In this document: positions 25,420-32,000 of the stretch, in pieces | How positions within the stretch are numbered: position 1 is the first letter of the stretch | Layout: every line of letters begins with the position of its first letter | Source: Longivirga aurantiaca | Lineage (GTDB): Bacteria; Actinomycetota; Actinomycetes; S36-B12; CAIYMF01 | DNA length: 32,000 bases | Reading direction: 5' to 3' | Assembly (NCBI RefSeq): GCF_042660085.1 | Contig: NZ_JBHSTI010000002.1 | Location: 628,414 to 660,413 of the forward strand | Translations under genes and position numbers: made by a program | The notes under the pieces: generated by a model | The model's input: the letters and a program-made list of their open reading frames with translations, nothing else | Told to the model about the DNA's origin: nothing | Database searches by the model: none

Positions 25420-25665
25420 ATGGCCCGCAGCTCTCAGGCCGCCGAGCCCGCACAGCTCGGCTCGCTGACCCAGCGAGGCGCCCGCACGGGCGCCTACTGC
25501 CGCGTGTGCGACTCCGAGCGCGTCACGCGCATCTCGATGGAGCTCACCGACGGCTCCCAGGTCGACTTCACCCACTGCCTCGAGTGCGAGAACCGCACCT
25601 GGCAGCAGGGCGACGAGGTGCTCTCGGTCGAGCACGTGCTCTCGCGCGCCCGCAAGAACACCTGA
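25420..25665 (+). CDS. Small hypothetical protein with two CxxC pairs (zinc-ribbon-like)
   Basis: MARSSQAAEPAQLGSLTQRGARTGAYCRVCDSERVTRISMELTDGSQVDFTHCLECENRTWQQGDEVLSVEHVLSRARKNT. Only 3 of 81 codons end in A/T, which is native coding bias. GGGGGA lies about 8 nt before ATG 25420. The upstream 20 codons of the track ORF are rejected. Confidence 0.7.
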   Translation: MARSSQAAEPAQLGSLTQRGARTGAYCRVCDSERVTRISMELTDGSQVDFTHCLECENRTWQQGDEVLSVEHVLSRARKNT

Positions 25666-25729
25666 GCCGGCCCGTCGCCGGGTGGGCGAGTTCACGCGTC
25701 GACCGGCATGGGGAGCCCTCCGCGCTGTG

Positions 25730-25735
25730 TAGGGT
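25730..25735 (+). promoter_or_regulatory. Candidate -10 (TAGGGT) 7 nt upstream of GTG 25743; suggests a leaderless pmmA operon transcript
   Basis: TAGGGT (TAnnnT), then CGCTCCC, then GTG. No SD is present. Confidence 0.4.
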
Positions 25736-25742
25736 CGCTCCC

Positions 25743-27146
25743 GTGCTGGACGCCGATCTTCTCGACCGCCTCATCAAGGCGTACGACGTACGCGGCGTCG
25801 TCCCCGACGACCTCAGCCCGGAGATCGCCCGCCTCGTCGGCGCGGCCTTCGTGCGCGTGGTCGGCGCCTCCACGGAGGCGGGCGGACCGGGCACGGTGGT
25901 CGTCGGCCGCGACATGCGCCCGTCGGGGCCCGCACTCGTGGCCGCCTTCGCCGAGGGCGTGACCTCCCAGGGCGTCGACGTCCTGCTCATCGGGCTCGCC
26001 TCGACCGACCAGCTGTACTACGCCGCCGGCTCGCTCGACCTCCCCGGCGCGATGTTCACCGCGAGCCACAACCCCGCGCAGTACAACGGCATCAAGCTCT
26101 GCCGCACCGGTGCCTCGCCCGTCGGCCAGGACACCGGCCTGCGCGAGATCAAGCGCCTCGTGCTCGAGTGGTCGGGCACCGGGATCCCGGCGTACGACGG
26201 CCCCGCGGGCACCGTGACCGAGCGCGACCTGCTCGCCGACTACGCCGCGTTCCTCAACGCCCTCGTGCCGCTGGGTGCGAGCCGTCACCTCTCGGTCGTC
26301 GTCGACGCCGGCAACGGCATGGGCGGCCACACCGTTCCTGCTGTGCTCGCCGGCCTCCCGCTCGCGATCACGCCGCTCTACTTCGAGCTCGACGGCACCT
26401 TCCCGAACCACGAGGCCAACCCCATCGAGCCCGAGAACCTGCGCGACCTGCAGGCGAAGGTGCTGGAGACCGGCGCCGACCTCGGTCTCGCCTTCGACGG
26501 CGACGCCGACCGCTGCTTCGTGGTGGACGAGAAGGGCGCGATCGTCGACCCGTCGACGCTCACCGCGCTCATCGCGGTGCGCGAGCTCGGCAAGCACCCC
26601 GGCTCGGTGATCATCCACAACCTGATCACGAGCGCGGCCGTGCCGGAGATCGTGCTCGAGCACGGCGGCGTGCCCGAGCGCACGCGCGTGGGCCACTCGT
26701 TCATCAAGGCGCGCATGGCCGAGACCGGCGCCGTCTTCGGCGGCGAGCACTCCGGCCACTTCTACTTCCGCGACTTCTGGCGTGCCGACTCCGGGATGCT
26801 CGCCGCGCTGCACACGCTGGCCGCGCTGGGCGAGACCCCCGAGGGCACCACGCTGTCGAGCCTGCTCGCGCAGTACTCGCGCTACGCGATGTCGGGCGAG
26901 ATCAACACCACGGTGGCCGACCAGGCCGCCGTCGTCGCGCAGATCACGGCCGAGTACGGCGCTCGCGCCGGGGTCGAGCTCGACGAGCTCGACGGTCTCA
27001 CGGTGTCGGGCGACGGCTGGTGGTTCAACGTGCGGCCGAGCAACACCGAGCCGCTGCTGCGGCTCAACGCCGAGGGAAAGGACGCCGCGACGATGCAGTC
27101 GGTCCGCGACGAAGCACTCGCCATCATCCGTGGGGGAACCGCATGA
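25743..27146 (+). CDS. pmmA: Phosphomannomutase / phosphoglucomutase (alpha-D-phosphohexomutase)
   Basis: Phosphoserine loop FTASHNPAQYNGIK, Mg-binding loop LAFDGDADRCF, sugar-binding GGEHSGHFYF, and C-terminal RPSNTEPLLRLNAEG. GTG 25743 is the first start in frame after the last in-frame non-start region. Confidence 0.92.
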   Translation: MLDADLLDRLIKAYDVRGVVPDDLSPEIARLVGAAFVRVVGASTEAGGPGTVVVGRDMRPSGPALVAAFAEGVTSQGVDVLLIGLASTDQLYYAAGSLDLPGAMFTASHNPAQYNGIKLCRTGASPVGQDTGLREIKRLVLEWSGTGIPAYDGPAGTVTERDLLADYAAFLNALVPLGASRHLSVVVDAGNGMGGHTVPAVLAGLPLAITPLYFELDGTFPNHEANPIEPENLRDLQAKVLETGADLGLAFDGDADRCFVVDEKGAIVDPSTLTALIAVRELGKHPGSVIIHNLITSAAVPEIVLEHGGVPERTRVGHSFIKARMAETGAVFGGEHSGHFYFRDFWRADSGMLAALHTLAALGETPEGTTLSSLLAQYSRYAMSGEINTTVADQAAVVAQITAEYGARAGVELDELDGLTVSGDGWWFNVRPSNTEPLLRLNAEGKDAATMQSVRDEALAIIRGGTA

Positions 27147-27355
27147 GCCTCGACCCGCTGCTGCTCGAGGTGCTCGCGTGCCCGTGCGAGCATCACGCGC
27201 CCGTCGAGGTCGACGGCGATCCCGCGACCGCGATCGTGTGCACCCGCTGCCGTACGACGTTCCCTGTGCGCGACGGCATCCCCGTGATGCTCCTCGACGA
27301 CGCCGCGCCGGGCCCGCACGGGATCGGCAACCCGGTCTCCTCCGTGGATGAGTGA
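27143..27355 (+). CDS. Trm112-family small zinc-ribbon-like protein
   Basis: MSLDPLLLEVLACPCEHHAPVEVD....IVCTRCRTTFPVRDGIPVMLLDDA is the characteristic Trm112/UPF0434 pattern. ATG 27143 forms an ATGA overlap with the pmmA stop. Confidence 0.85.
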   Translation: MSLDPLLLEVLACPCEHHAPVEVDGDPATAIVCTRCRTTFPVRDGIPVMLLDDAAPGPHGIGNPVSSVDE

Positions 27356-28496
27356 CGCCGTGACCCTTCCTGACGACCAGGTCCTCGACGACGTCGACGC
27401 GCTCGTCGCGGCCGACCCGGGGATGATGCTGCGCGCCACGGGGGACGCCGGTGCGCAGGTGCGCCGCGCGCTGGCCGGCATCGACCGCGACGCCGTACGC
27501 CGCATCGCCGCCGACGGCCGCCCGCGCTCGGTGGTCGTGGTGGGCATGGGCGGCTCCGGCATCAGCGGCGACGTGCTCGCCGCGGTCTGCGGTAGCGGCT
27601 GCCCGGTGCTCGTCACCACGATCCGCGACTACACGCTCCCGGGCTGGGTCGGCCCGCTCGACCTCGTCCTCGCGGTGTCGTGCTCGGGCTCGACCGAGGA
27701 GACGCTCAACGTCGCGGCCGAGGCCGTCAAGCGCGGCTGCCGCGTCGTCGGCGTCGGGTCCGCCGGCAGCCCGCTCGAGCAGACCGTGCGCTCGACGACG
27801 TCCGGTGTCTTCCTGGCTGTCGACGCGGGCGACCTCATGCCCCGCGCGTCGCTGTGGCTCCTCGCCACGCCGCTGCTCGTCGTGGCCAACGCCCTGGAGA
27901 TCGCCGACGTCCCCGACTCCGCGCTCGAGCGTGCGGCCGACGTGCTCGACTCCGTCGCCACCGAGTGCGGCGTCGCCGTGCCGCTCGCCGACAACCCCGC
28001 GAAGATCCTGGGGCTCTCTCTCGCGGGCTCGCTCCCGATGGTGTGGGGCACGTCGTTCGTCGGCGACCTCGCGGCGTACCGCATGGCCTGCCAGTTCAAC
28101 GAGAACGCCAAGCTGCCGGTCGTGTTCGGCGCGATCCCCGAGGCCAACCACAACCAGGTGGTGTCCCTCGACGGCCCGTTCGCCGGCTCGGCGGGCGACG
28201 ACATCTTCCGCGACCCGTTCGAGGACGGCAGCGGGCCCGCGCGCCTCCGCCTCGTGCTGCTGCGCGACACTGACGAGCACCCGCAGGACGCGCGCCGTGC
28301 GGACGTCACCCGCGACATCGCCGAGCGCCGCGGTGTGGCCGTCCACGTCGTCACCGCCCGCAGCGGCCACGTGGTCGAGCGGCTCGCCTCGTTGACCGCC
28401 ATCGCCGACTGGTCGAGCGTGTACGCCGCCATCGCCCTCGGCATCGACCCCTCGCCCATCGGCCCGATCAACGAGCTGAAGGGTCGCATCGCATGA
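27348..28496 (+). CDS. SIS-domain protein of the bifunctional phosphoglucose/phosphomannose isomerase family
   Basis: VVVVGMGGSGISGDVL and LVLAVSCSGSTEETL are SIS phosphosugar-binding motifs. The C-terminal EANHNQVV region is typical of this family. There is an 8-nt overlap with the Trm112 gene. Confidence 0.85.
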   Translation: MSDAVTLPDDQVLDDVDALVAADPGMMLRATGDAGAQVRRALAGIDRDAVRRIAADGRPRSVVVVGMGGSGISGDVLAAVCGSGCPVLVTTIRDYTLPGWVGPLDLVLAVSCSGSTEETLNVAAEAVKRGCRVVGVGSAGSPLEQTVRSTTSGVFLAVDAGDLMPRASLWLLATPLLVVANALEIADVPDSALERAADVLDSVATECGVAVPLADNPAKILGLSLAGSLPMVWGTSFVGDLAAYRMACQFNENAKLPVVFGAIPEANHNQVVSLDGPFAGSAGDDIFRDPFEDGSGPARLRLVLLRDTDEHPQDARRADVTRDIAERRGVAVHVVTARSGHVVERLASLTAIADWSSVYAAIALGIDPSPIGPINELKGRIA

Positions 28497-29413
28497 GCAC
28501 CGAGGGCGGCACCAAGGCGGTGGTGGCGGCGCTGATCGCCAACACCGGCATCGCGATCACGAAGTTCGGCGCGTTCGCCATCACGGGCTCGAGCTCGATG
28601 CTGTCCGAGGCGATCCACTCGGTCGCCGACTCCGGCAACCAGGTGCTCCTGCTCGTCGGCGGCAAGCGGTCCAAGCGCGAGGCGGACGACCAGCACCAGT
28701 TCGGCTACGGCCGCACGCGCTACGTCTACGCCTTCGTCGTCTCGATCGTGCTGTTCTGCCTCGGCGGACTGTTCAGCCTCTACGAGGGCTGGCACAAGTT
28801 CCACGAGCCCGAGGCGCTCACGAGCCCGATGGTCGCCTTCGTCGTGCTCGGCATCGCGATCGTCCTCGAGTCGTTCTCCTTCCGTACGGCGATCCGCGAG
28901 GCCAACAAGAGCCGCGGCACGAAGTCGATGCAGAAGTTCGTGCGCGAGGCCCGTCAGCCCGAGCTGCCCGTGATCCTGCTCGAGGACTTCGGCGCGCTCA
29001 TCGGCCTCTGCTTCGCGCTCATCGGCGTCACGCTCGCGACCGTCACCGGCGACGGACGGTGGGACGGCATCGGCGCGCTCGCGATCGGCGCGCTGCTGCT
29101 GGTCATCGCGGTGTTCCTGGCCCTGGAGATGTCCTCGATGCTCGTCGGCGAGAGCGCGGTGCCGGAGCAGACGGACGCGATCCGTGCCGCGCTCGAGTCG
29201 GAGCCGTCGGTCACCCGCATCATCCACATGCGCACGCTGCACACCGGGCCGGACGAGGTCATGGTGGCCGCGAAGATCGCCGTCACGGGCACCGACACCG
29301 CCGCCTCGGTGTCCGACGCCATCAACGCGGCCGAGGCCCGGATCCGCGCCGCCGTGCCCGAGGCCCGCTGGATCTACCTCGAGCCCGACCTCGACCGCGA
29401 GACCTCCGCCTGA
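28493..29413 (+). CDS. Cation diffusion facilitator (CDF) family metal efflux transporter
   Basis: AALIANTGIAITKFGAFAITGSSSMLSEAIHSVADSGNQVLLL carries the TM2 HxxxD metal site. There are six TM segments and a C-terminal cytoplasmic domain (IHMRTLHTGPDEVMVAAKI). ATG 28493 forms an ATGA overlap with the SIS gene stop. Confidence 0.88.
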   Translation: MSTEGGTKAVVAALIANTGIAITKFGAFAITGSSSMLSEAIHSVADSGNQVLLLVGGKRSKREADDQHQFGYGRTRYVYAFVVSIVLFCLGGLFSLYEGWHKFHEPEALTSPMVAFVVLGIAIVLESFSFRTAIREANKSRGTKSMQKFVREARQPELPVILLEDFGALIGLCFALIGVTLATVTGDGRWDGIGALAIGALLLVIAVFLALEMSSMLVGESAVPEQTDAIRAALESEPSVTRIIHMRTLHTGPDEVMVAAKIAVTGTDTAASVSDAINAAEARIRAAVPEARWIYLEPDLDRETSA

Positions 29414-29430
29414 GCGTCCGAAGAGGGACT

Positions 29431-29460
29431 TTGGCCGGATCGGCGCGCGTGCGGCACAAT
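29431..29460 (+). promoter_or_regulatory. Candidate ahcY promoter: TTGGCC - 18 nt - CACAAT
   Basis: Hexamers read directly at 29431-29436 and 29455-29460. This would give a leader of about 105 nt. Confidence 0.3.
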
Positions 29461-29571
29461 GGCAGCTGCCCTGCGGTGCAGATCCCCGCGTGAGCACCGG
29501 TGAGCCAACGAGGCCTCGTGACGCCCGCCGCGTACCGCCCGTCCCTCGGGCGTAGAAACCGGAGTACCCGC

Positions 29572-31011
<1,440 letters not shown>

Positions 31012-31017
31012 GGCTCC

Positions 31018-31797
31018 GTGACCGACCAGCCTGACCTGACAGGGGCGCCCTACCCGGGCGCCCCTGTCACGTATGCCGAGGCACGTGACGCCGGCGTCGA
31101 CCTGCGCCGCCAGCGCTGGGGCCTCGCCGACATCGCCATCGCGATGCTGCTCTCGCTGTTCGCCCCGATCCTCGTGCTCGGCCTGGGCCAGGCGGTCGGA
31201 GCGACCCCGGGCACGCCCGTGTGGCTCGTCCTCGCCATCGCCTCGCCGTGGATCGGGTTCGGGCTCTGGCCGTGGCTCACCACCAGGCTGCAGGGCAACG
31301 GGGCACGGATCGACCTCGGCGTCGCGTTCCGGTGGTCCGACCTCGGCTGGGGGCTGCTGGGCGGCGTCGCCTGCTGGGTGCTCGCCTCGCTCGTGGCGGG
31401 CCTGACCCAGCGGTTCTTCGGCGACTTCTCCTCCTCGGCGGCGGACGCGATCGTCGAGTCCGACGGCTCGAAGGTCGTCACGATCCTCGTGCTCGTCGTC
31501 GTGGTGACCCTCGGGCCGTTCTTCGAGGAGCTGTGCTTCCGGGGGCTCGCCTTCGCGGCCGTCGCCAAGTCGTCGGCGGCCCGCGGGCTGCCCGCGGTGC
31601 CCCTCGCCACGGTGGTCTCGGCGGTGCTGTTCACCCTCATCCACTTCGAGGTGGTGCGCATCGGCGTGCTGCTCACGATCGGCCTGGTGCTCGGCCTCCT
31701 GCGCGCCCTCACCGGGCGCATCGGCGCCAGCGTGGTGGCCCACGGCGTCAACAACCTCGTCGCCGTCGTCGGCATCGTGCAGGTCATCGACTGGTAG
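31018..31797 (+). CDS. CPBP family intramembrane glutamic endopeptidase (CAAX protease / Abi-like)
   Basis: Motif 1 is FFEELCFRG, motif 2 is LFTLIHF, motif 3 is VVAHGVNN. The protein has multiple TM segments. GTG 31018 lies 6 nt after the ahcY stop. Confidence 0.85.
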   Translation: MTDQPDLTGAPYPGAPVTYAEARDAGVDLRRQRWGLADIAIAMLLSLFAPILVLGLGQAVGATPGTPVWLVLAIASPWIGFGLWPWLTTRLQGNGARIDLGVAFRWSDLGWGLLGGVACWVLASLVAGLTQRFFGDFSSSAADAIVESDGSKVVTILVLVVVVTLGPFFEELCFRGLAFAAVAKSSAARGLPAVPLATVVSAVLFTLIHFEVVRIGVLLTIGLVLGLLRALTGRIGASVVAHGVNNLVAVVGIVQVIDW

Positions 31798-31845
31798 TCC
31801 GCTGCGCGGTGCCAGCGCCGCGCGGAGCGATGCTCGCTGGTCTTC

Positions 31846-31869
31846 CGACGCCATATCGCGTCGTACTCT
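31846..31869 (+). promoter_or_regulatory. Palindrome CGACGC-cATATc-GCGTCG abutting a TACTCT -10-like hexamer upstream of the last gene
   Basis: Arms at 31846-31851 and 31858-31863 are perfectly complementary. TACTCT lies at 31864-31869. AGGAA (31891-31895) lies 5 nt before ATG 31901. Confidence 0.3.
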
Positions 31870-31900
31870 TGAAGCCCCAGAACCGACCCCAGGAACGCCC

Positions 31901-32000
31901 ATGACCACATCCGCCCCGGAGGCGCCGGTTTCCGGCCGTCACCGGTCGTCGGCGTGGGTGCACATGCCGGGTCTGGACGGTGTGCGTGCGGTGGCTGTGG
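31901..32000 (+). CDS. Probable acyltransferase-3 family protein, 3-prime truncated by the window edge
   Basis: MTTSAPEAPVSGRHRSSAWVHMPGLDGVRAVAV... The PGLDGVRAVAV motif is the usual N-terminus of acyltransferase-3 proteins. A good RBS is present. Only 33 codons are visible. Confidence 0.5.
   Translation, partial: MTTSAPEAPVSGRHRSSAWVHMPGLDGVRAVAV

Noticed and set aside
29414-29571. SAH riboswitch upstream of ahcY
   Set aside because: - None of the conserved SAH-riboswitch core strings (GAGGAGCG, CAGGCUCGG, AACGGCGCUCA) is present on the sense strand.
- It is kept only as an unclassified leader.

Overview
This is a very high-GC actinobacterial chromosomal segment. Gene content and order resemble Nocardioides- or Propionibacteriales-type genomes, but that cannot be proven from the sequence alone. 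All family calls come from reading motifs in the supplied translations; no database search was run.

I support 28 protein-coding genes and found no tRNA, rRNA, CRISPR array, transposase or integrase. In order, they are:
- a 5-prime-truncated SpoIID/LytB protein with three CWB2-like wall-binding repeats
- a TIGR03089-like protein diverging from a manC-type GDP-mannose pyrophosphorylase
- an AlkA-type glycosylase
- a lipoprotein
- an ArsR/SRPBCC pair
- a small accessory islet (a 2-TM peptide with atypical codon usage plus a DUF222/HNH REP13E12-like endonuclease)
- an orphan cytoplasmic BtuF/TroA-like protein
- scoA and scoB
- a TRIC/UPF0126 channel
- the F420 genes fbiB-fbiA diverging from fbiC
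- whiB2 with a long leader
- a 1173-aa GT2-polytopic-membrane fusion translationally coupled to a DUF5719-like anchored protein
- an Rv3259-like protein without HExxH
- an acyltransferase-3/SGNH protein
- DUF3499
- a small double-CxxC protein
- a tightly overlapped pmmA-Trm112-SIS isomerase-CDF operon
- ahcY
- a CPBP protease
- the start of a second acyltransferase

The backbone matches the conserved whiB2 / fbiAB / mannose-activation / sahH neighbourhood known from Mycobacterium tuberculosis, so most of the window is core genome.

- **Best candidate for an undescribed system:** the GT2-membrane fusion plus its DUF5719-like partner. With the neighbouring sugar-activation, acyltransferase and CWB2 genes it looks like an uncharacterised synthase-type envelope glycan module.
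- **Secondary points:** the HNH islet; a 17-bp perfect hairpin that sequesters the ArsR ribosome-binding site; a recurrent -10-like hexamer placed 6-9 nt before seven start codons, which suggests leaderless transcripts; and two long structured leaders with no recognisable riboswitch.

Many long ORFs in the six-frame track are high-GC shadow frames and were rejected.
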